Part shown: positions 53,161 through 64,000 of the stretch, piece after piece
Layout of the letters: the number at the start of each line of letters is the position of its first letter
How positions within the stretch are numbered: the stretch's first letter is position 1
Assembly: GCF_000142905.1 (NCBI RefSeq)
Contig: NW_013657639.1
Span: forward strand, 208,976-272,975
Source of the DNA: Thecamonas trahens ATCC 50062
Lineage: Eukaryota; Protista; Apusomonadida
Direction of reading: 5' to 3'
DNA length: 64,000 nt
Notes under the pieces: generated by a model
The model's database searches: none
Seen by the model: only the letters and a program-made list of their open reading frames with translations
What the model was told of the DNA's origin: nothing
Made by a program: the position numbers and the translations under genes

Positions 53161-56100
53161 CTACGGCTGCTGAAAGCCGCACACCTGGCATCGCTGCTCA
53201 AGACGGCTTATGCTCGGCAGTGGAACGCCACTCGGGCGCGCTGTCCGCACGCCGCACCATGAGCACTCGGCAACGTCGGCAGACGGCGCCACGGCTCCAG
53301 CAAGGTCGTCGACTGACATGCCATGAGGGGCGACTGCGCCGTCGCGTGCGCTCGCCAGCTCGCGCATCACCGCCCGGTGCTTGCGATGAAGCGGGAGCGC
53401 CGCCAGCCGCGCCGCTAACGCGGCAGCCTCGCCGGCTTTGCCATCGCGCTCGACGCGCTTGAGCGCCTTGAGCAGTCGCGCAGCAACCACATAGCCGGCA
53501 CACACTCGCGCCTGCTTGCGCTCGCGGGCCGCACTCAGCGCCGCTACCGCGGCCTTTTGGCACTTGGACAGCGAGCCGCTCTCGAGCGCGCGCATCGCCG
53601 CCCTAAGCAGCCGCGCTGCCTCCGACATGTCGCTGCTCACCGTCGACATCATCGACAGTGATGACGCAACAGATGGCGACGGCGACGGCGGCCGCGGGCC
53701 AGGTGGCTGCATCCGCGGCGGCGTCGCTGGCGGCGTCGCCGTTGATACAGGCGCGACGCTCGGTGGCGGTGTGGTCGTCGGCACGCTGCCTGTGGTAGCC
53801 GCACTTGCACCAGCATCCACGTCACCACACTCCTGCCGCCCGTCAGACGATGAGCTCCACGAGTCACGCGCGCGCCGCGCACGCCGCCGTGCCCGTCGCT
53901 GCCCGCCCACGCTCAGCTCACCGAGCTTGGGGATGCCTGCAGGCACCGCAGTCGCGGGGCGCTCCACAGGCTGCGGCTCGGGTTCACCGCCGTCTGACGA
54001 CGAGCTCCACGAGTCGCGCCCACGACGCGCACGCCGTCTTGCACGCCGCCGTGCACCGACGCCTAGCTCGCCGAGCTTGGGGATGGCGGCAACGTCGGCC
54101 GCTGCCGCTGCTGCTGCTGCTGCCATCTCTTCCTGCGTCCGGATGCGGACACGAATGGCTGCCGGCCGGGCCCCGAAACCCGACGACGATGACGACGCCG
54201 AGGCATCTGACCCCTCGCCAGCGAGGTCGGCGGTCACCGGCGCCGCTGGCCGGACCACGTAGCCCTCGGCGTCAACCAGTCGGCCGGCCTCATCGTAGTG
54301 GTACCCCTCGCGCGAGCCCGAGCCTGAGCCCGACCCGCTGCCACCGGCCCCACTGCCGCCGCTCCCACAACCCAAATCGTCGTCCGACACCTCCATCCGT
54401 GCCGCGTACGCGCCGCCAAAGCCCGAAACCGACGCCGCCGAGCCCATCGAGTGCAGGACCGAGGACGTGGCGGCAGAGTCGCGGTCAAACTCGAGGCCAC
54501 CGATGCCCTCACCGCGTCGGTCGATCTCGCCGCCGCGCGACGCTACCCAAACCTCGAGCGAGTCGAGCTCCAGTGCGTCAAGCTCACTCATGATCGTCTG
54601 CTCCGCGATGACAGGCGCCGCTGCCGCAGGAGGCACCGACGTCGTCTGCGGCGGCGGCGAGTGCGCTGCAAGCAGGTCGCGGAACGACGAGCCGCCAAAC
54701 GACGAGACAGTGCCGCGTGGTGACGCTGCTGCACCCGGGCTTCCCAGTGGGAGTGGCGAGCCGGCCGATGGCATCCCATGTCGGCCAGAGCCGACGGACC
54801 CATCGTCAGCAATGGCGACCGAGACGCGAGTTGTCCGCGCCACACTCTCGGGTGCAAGCCCCAGCGCGCTCGTTCTCGGCGGCGCAAGATTCGCCAGCTG
54901 CACTGCAGGCAGCGAGCCCGGTGCCTTGGGCCGCGGCGGGACCTTCTCGCCGGCCTCCACCCGCAGCAGCCACTCGGCCCACCACTCGCCGGCCACCACA
55001 TAGCAAAGGTGCGCTAGCGAGAGTGCACCGGCCGTCGCTGCTGCACTGCCGAGCCGGCAGAGCGCACCGTGGGCGCCATCGCCGCCGCCGCTCGCCTGCA
55101 CGCTCTTCACAAGCTGGCTTGCTGGCCCAAACGCGCCCAGCTCACCGGCAAGCTCGAGTGCGACCGCCACCAACTCGTCCTGCCCGCAATCAGAGCTTGC
55201 GCCGATGCGCGCGAGCAGCAGCGCAAGCGCAAGCTCGCGCTCGACCGCTGTCGCCCCACTTCGCAGCTTGTCGATGAAGCTCCGCGAGACCCGGAGCCCG
55301 TCATAGCTTTCCATCAGCTCGAGCAGCGCAGACGCAGACACCGCCCCACTGCCAGCCGATCCGTACAGCTTGCCGGCCAGCCGCGGCTCGAGCATACCAA
55401 CTGCGTGGTAGCCGACCGTTACCCGCTTCTTGACCCGGTGCGCGTAGACAAGCCGGTCTGGAAGGCCGGCAACAAGAACAACGTCGACCAGATCGAGTGA
55501 GCACACCCGCCCGGCATAGCCGCCCGGAGTCAAGTAGCCGACCCCGACCGGAGTTGAGTACAGCAACGTGCCGGCGAGCCAGACTGCCGATAGGAAGAAC
55601 GGAACAAGCTCCGAGGCCCGACTCGAGGCGTACGAGGTGAGGACTGCAAGCGTGCTATCAACAACAAGCAGGAGCGAGGGCGTGACGACCGCTCCAAGCT
55701 GGCCGGATGTGTCCCACACCACGTCCGAGACAACAGTCTGGGGTGGGAGGCGGATGTGCGGTGCGGCAGGCGAGGGCGCCGGGAGACTCGCGTGCGGGTC
55801 GCGCACTGGGCCGAGCGGGAGCGGCAGGGCCGAAGACGGCATGTACGCGTTGGGCGGGTGAACCAGGCTGTCGATGTTGGCCGAGGGCACAAGGAGCCGT
55901 GCAACAATGTCGTAGTAGAGAACAACCCGCGCGCCGCGGAGCGGCGTGGCAAACACCCGATGCCAGACGTTGTCGAGGGCAAAGGCCGCGAGCTGGGTCT
56001 CGTCGGCTGTGGCTGCCACGGTCGCTGACTTGCCGTGCGGGCCGAGGACAAGCATGGCGTCGCCGCCCTCGCCCACAAACACGACGTCACGCCCGGGCCG

Positions 56101-58116
56101 CGGCCGGGCCTCCTGGGCATCCGCCTGGTGGAACGAGATGTACGCAAACGACCGGTGCGAGAGCCGGTGTGCCATCGTCGCCGCCCACGGATCGTGGTCA
56201 AAGGCCGGGAGCGGTGGGTGCCGCGCCGGCGCGTCGGCCTCGGGAAAGGTGGCCAGGACGACCGCAACCTTGCCGTGTCGGACCGCCCGCCGAACACGGA
56301 CAACCTTGGCGTTGTCATCGAGCGCAATCTTGCGCACCGGATTGTTGTCGCAGCGGAGGACGTGGAATGCCATCAGCCGCCACCGGTCCGAGTACATGGC
56401 TGCAGCCTGCGGGAGCGCGTACGGCGCCACCACAGGCAGGAAGCCGCCCGGATGCAGCGGGTCGAGGAGCGTGTGGATGACCACGCCGTGGATGGCCGGC
56501 GCACCTTGGCTCCCGCCACCAGAAAACAGCCCGCCGGCCAACTCGTTCCCACCGCTCCCGCCGCCCGCCGCGTACAGTCCGTCGACGAGTGCCGCGAGCT
56601 GGGGCGGCGTCGAAAGCGGCAGCAGATTGCCGGTCGACGAGCGGAGCGGGGTTGCCGCTTGCGCGCAAGGCGCCGCAAGCGGCGGCGGGACACAAAACGC
56701 CACGTAGTTGAACCGGCGGTGCATGACAAAGTCACTCGGCGGCGAGAACGGGAGCTGCGCCTGCTGGACGAGTCCGACAAGCTTGAGCCGTGAGTCACGT
56801 CGCCCGAGCCCGAGCTTCCATCCGGCGAGATCGCCGGCCGTCGAAAGGGTGAGGACGAGCGGCGAGAGCGGGTGGAAGCGGATGGTGGCGAGTGGCGGAA
56901 GCGCCGCCCGGACAGCGAGAAGCTGGGCCTCAGCAGCGCCGCCGACGTCCCACGCCGCTAGCCGGCCGCCGGCCGAGCCGACAACGAGGATGTCCTTGTA
57001 CGGGTGAAAAGCAAGGGCAGTGACCGGCGAGCGAAGCTTCTTCTTGACCGGATCACCGGCGTACTCGTCGGCGGCATAGCGGCAGGTGTGCGAGCCGTAC
57101 TCGTAGAGGCGGACAACGCCCTTGCGGTCGCCAGCGGCGAGCAGCGGCTTGGAGGCATGGACCGCCAGAGCTGTCACTGACCGCTTCCCGCCATCAAAGG
57201 TCTCCAACTGTGGCGCCGGCGCACCAAGGTCGAGCATGTAGATGGCTGGGCCGTCGTCCGGGACCATAAAGGCCAATGGGCGGAGCGGTGAGGTGGCAAG
57301 GACCGAGAGCGGCGACGGCAGCGAGTAGACCGAGACCAGGGCGTAGGTGTCGAGATCGTAGACCCTGATCGAGTCTGGAAGGGCAACGAGGAGAAAGTGA
57401 TGCGAGAGGAGAGTAGCCAGGTGCGTAGGATGAGAGGCCGTGGGGAGAAAGGCCATGTCAGCTCTTGAGCCCAGCTCGACCACCCGAACACCAGCACGAA
57501 GACCAGCAAAGGCCGGCGCAGCCGAAGCTGCTGCCGATGATGACAACAATCCAGATACTGAGCTCCGACCATGAGCCGAGACATTCCCCCGAGATCCAAC
57601 CAGCCGGCCAGTACCACCAACGATATGACCACCACCACCACCACCACCACCACCACCACCGCCACCACCGCGACCAGCAACAGCAGCAACAGCAGCAACA
57701 GAAGCAGCCGCAGCAAGACCTCCACCAGTACCACCAGTTCCCGAACCCGAACCAATACCAATACCAGCACTACTTCCACCAGCCAAGGAGACGACATCCA
57801 CCACATGATTGTTAGACGATGACGTAGGACGACCATGAGTATGACCATGATGATGACCATAATGATGACCATGATGATGACTTGTCTTGGTACCATTGAT
57901 GTTGATGTTGGCATTGACATGATTATTGTTGTTGTTGTTGTTGTTGTTGCTGTGGCCACTCCCTGCCCCGCCACTACTTCCAGCTGATGTTCCTGCTGTC
58001 CTCCTCGTCCCGCCTGTGCAACCTGTCCGACTACCTATGTACACCACACGGGCAAGGGGATGGAAGGCCACACTCCCACCATTCACATGGGGACTACCAC
58101 ATGGAAATAGCTCCGT
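53161..58116 (-). CDS. TSET/TPLATE complex WD40 scaffold (TTRAY/TWD40, tstF-like); probable non-ATG start
   Basis: AFHP WD40 blades; GRDVVFVG, HRVFATPL, VGMLEP.L.G, YDGLR; alpha-COP-like C-terminus CAGYVVA...LPLHRKHR with CxxC pairs. Confidence 0.7.
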   Translation of the reverse strand, partial: TELFPCGSPHVNGGSVAFHPLARVVYIGSRTGCTGGTRRTAGTSAGSSGGAGSGHSNNNNNNNNNHVNANININGTKTSHHHGHHYGHHHGHTHGRPTSSSNNHVVDVVSLAGGSSAGIGIGSGSGTGGTGGGLAAAASVAAVAAVAGRGGGGGGGGGGGGGGHIVGGTGRLVGSRGNVSAHGRSSVSGLLSSSAAASAAPAFAGLRAGVRVVELGSRADMAFLPTASHPTHLATLLSHHFLLVALPDSIRVYDLDTYALVSVYSLPSPLSVLATSPLRPLAFMVPDDGPAIYMLDLGAPAPQLETFDGGKRSVTALAVHASKPLLAAGDRKGVVRLYEYGSHTCRYAADEYAGDPVKKKLRSPVTALAFHPYKDILVVGSAGGRLAAWDVGGAAEAQLLAVRAALPPLATIRFHPLSPLVLTLSTAGDLAGWKLGLGRRDSRLKLVGLVQQAQLPFSPPSDFVMHRRFNYVAFCVPPPLAAPCAQAATPLRSSTGNLLPLSTPPQLAALVDGLYAAGGGSGGNELAGGLFSGGGSQGAPAIHGVVIHTLLDPLHPGGFLPVVAPYALPQAAAMYSDRWRLMAFHVLRCDNNPVRKIALDDNAKVVRVRRAVRHGKVAVVLATFPEADAPARHPPLPAFDHDPWAATMAHRLSHRSFAYISFHQADAQEARPRPGRDVVFVGEGGDAMLVLGPHGKSATVAATADETQLAAFALDNVWHRVFATPLRGARVVLYYDIVARLLVPSANIDSLVHPPNAYMPSSALPLPLGPVRDPHASLPAPSPAAPHIRLPPQTVVSDVVWDTSGQLGAVVTPSLLLVVDSTLAVLTSYASSRASELVPFFLSAVWLAGTLLYSTPVGVGYLTPGGYAGRVCSLDLVDVVLVAGLPDRLVYAHRVKKRVTVGYHAVGMLEPRLAGKLYGSAGSGAVSASALLELMESYDGLRVSRSFIDKLRSGATAVERELALALLLARIGASSDCGQDELVAVALELAGELGAFGPASQLVKSVQASGGGDGAHGALCRLGSAAATAGALSLAHLCYVVAGEWWAEWLLRVEAGEKVPPRPKAPGSLPAVQLANLAPPRTSALGLAPESVARTTRVSVAIADDGSVGSGRHGMPSAGSPLPLGSPGAAASPRGTVSSFGGSSFRDLLAAHSPPPQTTSVPPAAAAPVIAEQTIMSELDALELDSLEVWVASRGGEIDRRGEGIGGLEFDRDSAATSSVLHSMGSAASVSGFGGAYAARMEVSDDDLGCGSGGSGAGGSGSGSGSGSREGYHYDEAGRLVDAEGYVVRPAAPVTADLAGEGSDASASSSSSGFGARPAAIRVRIRTQEEMAAAAAAAAADVAAIPKLGELGVGARRRARRRARRGRDSWSSSSDGGEPEPQPVERPATAVPAGIPKLGELSVGGQRRARRRARRARDSWSSSSDGRQECGDVDAGASAATTGSVPTTTPPPSVAPVSTATPPATPPRMQPPGPRPPSPSPSVASSLSMMSTVSSDMSEAARLLRAAMRALESGSLSKCQKAAVAALSAARERKQARVCAGYVVAARLLKALKRVERDGKAGEAAALAARLAALPLHRKHRAVMRELASARDGAVAPHGMSVDDLAGAVAPSADVAECSWCGVRTARPSGVPLPSISRLEQRCQVCGFQQP

Positions 58117-58377
58117 GTGGGTGGGAAGGTAGGGGGAAGTATGAAGGTATGACGTGAGGAGGGAGGAGGGAGGGGAGCGGCGTGAGGTGGGTCAAGTGGC
58201 GTGCAAGTGGTACAGTGCGGGGGCGGTAGGGTAGGCAGCGGACGGACCGTTTGAGCCGAGTGGCGACCGAGTGACACGTGTGGTGGCAGCAGAGGGCGAG
58301 ATGGGCACGATGGGAGAGGAGGGAAAGGGAGGCAGGGCGGGGAAGCAGGGAGGGGGGGGGGGGGGGGGCGGTGTGAT

Positions 58378-59744
58378 TTAGATCCTGTTCTTAAACTTGA
58401 CCAGCTTAAAGAGGACTTCCTGGAGGATCTGCTTGCCAGAGCGCGGGGCACCGGTATCCTTGTTAGTGACAGGCATACCGAGGACGTCACCACAGGCGCG
58501 AACGTAGTACTCGAGCTCGTCAGCGTTTTCGTCACCGGCAGTGCAGTTGTTGGTGAGCTGGGCAAGGCGGACGCGCTCGGTGGCAAAGGCACCGTCGAGG
58601 TCAAAGAGCTCGAGAGCCGGCGGCTTAGCGCCGCGGAGCTCGGGCGGGAAGAGGGCGGGCTGGAGCGGCGGGAGCGGGACTTCGAGCTCGGGCGGGATGA
58701 GAGTAAGCGGCTCGTCCTTGACGGAGAGCTCAACAAAGAGGTCCGAGACAGCAGGAAGAAGGTCGAGGTCGAGGCCGACGGGCTCTAGCTCAAAAAGCTC
58801 CTCAAAGGCGGCCGGTAGCGGGTCTGCGTCCTCAAGACAGGAGCGGAGGCGGACAGCGAGCGCCTCGGTGTCGGGCACCAGATACGGCGGACTCACGTCT
58901 GGGTTTTCCTCATCCACCTTGTTGAGGGCAAGTTCGCCGGCGAGAACCTTGACGAGGCCGTCAAGAACCTCGGCGTTGGCTGGGACGCGGGCAAGCCACG
59001 AGTCGGAAATCATATCGATCGAGGCGATGGCCAGGATCTGACCACCGGCCGAGCCGACCGAGACGCGAGCGGCAATCGGCTGGTTGAGCGGGTACGAAGC
59101 CTCGCCCGAGGCGAGGAGCGGAGCAGCCGGCGGTTCGACGTTGATCGAGGCGCCGCGCGGGTAGACAAACGGCACACGCGGAAGAACACGATTGAGCACG
59201 CCGTCAGCGACATACACCTCCTTGGGATGGCGACACTCACCCGAATATGCTGTCGCCACCACGGCATCAGGGTTAACTCGCATGCCAAACTCCTCCAGCA
59301 AGTAGTTGATGTTGGTCCCAGCCGCCTTCTCACCACCTTCGCCAAGGAGCACCACCACGGTCGCACCTCGGGCCACAGCGGCGCGAAGGGCGTCGAGCTC
59401 AGTCTTGGAGAACCTCTTACGTGGGCCACCCAGCAGCACTCCTCCACATCCTTGCAGCGCCTCACTCAGTCCACGCGTGTTCTCCTTGACCTGTGCGTGC
59501 GGGGAGGGGGGTGGGGGGAGGGGGGGGGAAGAGGGGGTGGGGGGAGGCGGTGAGGCTGTTTTTGGCGCGCGGGTGGGACAAAGGGCAGGGGGGGGGGGGG
59601 GGAGGGGGAGGGGAGGAGGAGGGGAGGAGGACGTACTGTGTAGTGTGCAGAGAGTGCGGCAAGGAACTTTGTATGTGTGGCAGAGGTTACGGTCGCTGCT
59701 TCGTCCTTGGTTGTGTTCACCACAAGCGTCGGTGGCTGTGACAT
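58378..59744 (-). CDS. IFT52: Intraflagellar transport protein 52; exons 59744-59637 and 59490-58378
   Basis: GTACGT...CAG intron in phase 0; GEGGE...TNINYLLEEFG, HPKE, FVYP.GA, LTLIPP.LE.PLPPLQPA.FPP, LELFDLD, LAQLTN.C. Confidence 0.95.
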
Positions 59745-60951
59745 GGTGTCCCGTCGTGTGACTACTGGCTGATCAACGTCAAAAGGCCAAACTTGGTTTC
59801 CACCGTTTGGCGACGAGTGATAGCCCTTCGTAATGCTAACCGTGAAAAAATGAGGCAAGTGATGGGTACTTGATGACTCTGCTTCACATTGCCATTGATG
59901 AGAGAGCCGCATTAGACTGGAGACGTAGCCTGGCTTGCCCGGCTCACTCGGCTTGCTCAATCAGTGAGCTGTGGGAGGAAAAGGCTCTCATCTGGTTTGC
60001 GATCCAAGGTCTGAGGTCTTGCGATTGGGTTATGCCTGAGAGACTGGACATCAAAGCCTCGTCCCATGGGATCCTCCTTCATCCTGGAAAGGGAGGGGGT
60101 GGCTAGCAATGGTTGGATGATCGTGGACTAGTGCGAGGTGTTATTGAATCCATCGCTCGATGTTGGAGTTGGAGGGTGGTGTGCGTGTAAAACAGGTGGC
60201 GATGACCTGGTGCGTGATCACGTGTCCGCTTTTTCGCAAACGGCGCAAAAGCCATGGAGCTGACAGTGTGGCGAATGTCCAGGCAGCACCATCGTTATCA
60301 TCTCAACATCGTACCAGCATCAAAGCAAAGTCGAGTTGAACCAGCTCTCTCCCTGTTGGGAAGAAGACAATGTGTCGCATTGCGCACCGGCAATGCCTGA
60401 CCGGGTGTTGGACGAGGCGATCGTCACCAGCACAGCCTTCGGCAACACTCGCAACACTCGCTCATCATCGCAATACATACCGATGGTCGGTGGCAAGCGG
60501 ATGTAAACACCCAATAGCTCATCACCCTCACCATCACACCAAGATCGGCTACTGCGACCGTAGTCGAGCCCGGGAAAAGACGGGCGGAGCGCCAACACGG
60601 GCCGACCGCTTTTTACTCCAAACCAGCAACAAGCTGCTGTCTGCGATCGTAGCACGCCATTGATTGAGAGACAGCGATGAGCACCGTATATAGGCGAGAG
60701 GAGATTGGTCTGATGAGAGAGGGGCCAAAACAGAGAGAGAGACATCAATAACGTCATGAAATAGCCGACCACTGCCTCTTCCCGACTACATACATGTTTA
60801 TGTAGTGGGCTTTTATCACGGCAGTGTGTCACGTGGGCGAAATCCCCGCCAATGGCTCTCCACGCCACTCGGCCGACGGGGCCAAGTCGCACACGCGGAG
60901 ACGCGAGCGAGCGAACATCTCTCTCTCTCTCTCTCTCGCAAGTGAGAGTGA

Positions 60952-63596
60952 ATGGCGCAGAGTGGCAGAGAGCAAGGAGCGGCAAGCGTGTGGCGTAATG
61001 GGTGGGTGGTAAAGAGCGCGGTGCAGACGTGGCATCTGCTACGGTTCAAGGAGGTGGTTCTCGTCCGACGGAGGTGGCTCTCGAGCGTGGTCCAGCTCCT
61101 CCCGCCGATCTTCCTTCTCTCGCTTCTGTTTATCCTCCAACATACGGTGGTACCTGAGGCTCCCTCGCTCAACCCGCCTGCTGTCCCGTTCCCGTCCGAG
61201 TTTCCGTCTTGCTCCCCGCGGAAAGGCGCTACGTGTCTGGATCTGGTCTGGGGCCCAGAGAGTGATCCGGTGGCGGCCGGTATCGTGGCTTCGTTTGGCG
61301 TGGCCGAAGCAAAGCAGAGAGCCTTTGGCTCGCGGGACAAGCTCATCGATTGGGTCATCGCCCATCCAAACACCACCTCGGCGGCGGTCTACTTCAACTC
61401 GACAGGCGAGGCGCGGGTGAGCATTCCAAGTCAGCCCGAAAAGCTGGCCCGGGCGCTGCGGGTGGAGATCCTGACAAACTCGACAACCAAGGCCGAGCTG
61501 TGGCGGCCGCGGATTCTGCGCCTGGTGCAGGAGCAGTTGATGGGGGCAGCGGTGTCAGCCAACGGGAGCGCGCTGACTGCGGGCGACCTTGGGAAGCCGT
61601 ATGTCCTCGACTGCGCTTGGCAGGAGATCCCGATTCTGGCAACGTCGCCCAAGACCAATGCGGTGCAGATCGGCGGGGCGTCGTTTGTCTTTACCGGCAT
61701 TGCGTTTGCCATGATTGCCATGATGCGTGGGGTGGTGGCTGAGCGCGAGAGTGGGCAGCGGCTGATGCTCAAGACGATGGGCGTGGTGGACGGGGCGTAC
61801 TGGGCGGCGGGCTACGTCGTCAACGGAGTGCTGGCATGTGTGGCGGCACTGCTGACGTACGTTACGGGGGTGGCGTATCGGTTCACGCTCTTTACGCAGA
61901 CAAACGGCGGCGGGCTTGTCCTCCTGCTAGTGTGCTTCGGGCTGGCGACGGTGCCGCAGGCGTTCTTTGGCTCGGCGATGGTGGGCAAGTCGCGGACGGC
62001 GCTCATTGTGGGCATCCTCAACCTTGTGGTGGGGATGAACGTGGTGGCCGTCTTTGCGTCCAACTCGCTCATCTACCTCTTGTGGAAGTCGTCTGTCCAG
62101 GCTTGGGGCCGTGCTCTCCTCCTCATCCTCCTCCCTCCGCTCTCGTTCACCAAGGTTTGGGTCGACATGGTCAACGTGACGTACGGCTACGCCGACTTTG
62201 GCGGCGGCTCGCGGATCTCTGCGCGGCGGTTTGAGTGGGCGGACATGCATCGGACAACTGCGGCGGCCAAGGCTTTCGACGCCGACATCGACGCGCCGCC
62301 GATTGAGAGCATCTACATGCTGCTGGCGTCTGCAGTAGTGTACGCGGTGGCGACTTGGTACGCCGACCAGGTCTTCTCCACCTCGCTCGGACTCCGGCGG
62401 CCATTTTACTTTTTGTCCTCCCTTCGTACTGGGGCCTCACGCGGGCAGCTCTCGAGAAAGAGACAAGCGAGCGGATTGAGCTGCTGGAGAGCGATGCAGA
62501 CGATGTGGCGCGAGAGATGCGGGCGGCAGCGTCGATGAGCTCAGTGCTCTCGTTGGTCGGGGTGGTCAAGGTGTTCCAGCCGTCGCTGATGGAACGAGTG
62601 TGGCTGTTGCGGGCAGTGTACATGGTGACGGTGGGGTGGATGGCGGCGGTGGTCCGGTGTGCGACAGGCTCATCTAGGCAGAAATCTTCATCTTCGGGGC
62701 CTGTCCGCGCTGTCGATGGACTCTATCTCAGCGTGGGCGAGGGCGAGCTCGTTGCGCTGCTGGGGCACAACGGAGCAGGTAAGACGACGGCGATGAGCAT
62801 TGTGACGGGTGGGCTGCGGGCCGACTCGGGCGTGGTCCGGTACAGCATTGACGGAGTCGAGTACTCGGTGGCGGCGCACGGCGACGAGATCCATGGCCTT
62901 GTCTCAATCTGTAGGCAAGCGGACGTGCTGTGGGATGAGCTGAGCGCGGCCGAGCACGTTGCGCTTTTCTGCGTGCTGAGTGGTGTGGACGAGAGCGAAG
63001 TGGCGAGCGTAGTGGACGACGCGCTCGCGCGAGTCTCGCTCGGGAGCAAGGCCCACGAACGGGCCGGCACATTTTCGGGTGGGATGAAGCGGCGGCTCTC
63101 TGTGGTGTTGGCGCTGGTGGGCCCGGCGCGGATGGTGCTCCTCGACGAGCCGACAACCGGCCTCGACCCGCTGCATCGGCGTGAGGTGTGGGAGATGATT
63201 GAGGAGGCCAAGGCCGAGAAGAGCATTCTCCTCACAACGCACTCGATGGAAGAGGCCGATGCGCTCGGTGATCGGATTGCGATTGTGTCTGCCGGGCGGC
63301 TGATGGCGATCGGCGACGCCATGGAGCTCAAGTCTCGGTACGGGCTTGGGTACCATGTCAAGATCATGTGCGCGCCAGAGGCGTCCGATGCGATCGAGGC
63401 CGAGATCATCCGGCTCGGCGGCGAGGTCCATGACGCGGTGGCAGGCTCGATTGCCGCCTCTGTTCCACGGGTGAACCTTGTGGCGGTTGTGGCCCGGTAT
63501 CTCGAGGAGCGAATGGAGTCTGGCAGCGTGGTGGACTTTGCCGTCTCGCACACAACACTAGAAGAGGTTTTCCTGAGGACCGCGCGACTGGAGTGA
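60952..63596 (+). CDS. ABCA-family half-size transporter; -1 frameshift in T run ~62412
   Basis: VAERESGQRLMLKTMG TMD; LLGHNGAGKTT, FSGGMKRRLS, LLDEPTTGLD, LTTHSMEEAD.LGDRI, TLEEVF. Restoring one T gives PFYFFVLPSYW. Confidence 0.93.
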
Positions 63597-64000
63597 ATGA
63601 AAGCCCGCGGCAGCAGCACAATCGGCGTCATAAGTGGCACGTGGGTAATATGTGTGACCGAGGTTGTTGGTCATCGTGTGGGAGCGAGTGCAAGCCGCCG
63701 CCGTCGCTCGAGTTTGAGTCACCGCCGATGCGTGAGCCACATCGATAAAGGATTGTGTATATGTACATAGAAGCTGTTTGAATACATAGAAGCTGTTTGT
63801 TGTGACATGAGAGGCAGGAAAGGGGGTGGAGGGGGGAGGGGGAACGAGGCGAAGCGAAGAAAAAGTCGCAAAAAAAAAAAGCAAGTTCCAGGCGCTGCGT
63901 GCTGTTGACAGGCGGTCATGCGTGGGGGGGGGGGGGGGGGAGGGGGGGGGGAGGAGATACACAGCACTTGTTTTACGGACGTGATGTGGCAGAGTAGTTG

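Noticed and set aside
59760-60950. ORFs or element remnant in the lower-GC IFT52-ABCA spacer
   Set aside because: No recognisable domain, terminal repeats or RNA structure.

Overview
Eukaryotic nuclear DNA from a GC-rich, gene-dense, intron-poor flagellated protist. IFT52, a TSET subunit, synapsin and a RhoGEF are present. Gene content and sequence style suggest an apusomonad such as Thecamonas trahens, but this is inference only. About 27 protein-coding genes: XEG113-like GT77, NDK, an acidic LD-like repeat/zinc-finger protein, a PC-esterase/NXPE-like protein, METTL2, a carboxylesterase, a divergent VDAC, three MscS paralogues around Hsp110 and a PP2C, a stand-alone Par3/HAL N-terminal domain, an alpha/beta hydrolase, a CaKB-like protein, Sec24, an HA-domain protein, a ~3360-aa F-box/pseudokinase/ankyrin/pseudo-nucleotidyltransferase/DH-PH protein, a tail-anchored synapsin, a TSET TTRAY subunit, IFT52 and ABCA. 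Nine introns were located by hand, all with GTAYG donors. Six single-base -1 frameshifts are probably assembly errors. There are two N gaps and several tandem repeats. No RNA genes, CRISPR arrays or transposons were recognised. All family assignments come from motif recognition by eye, not database searches.
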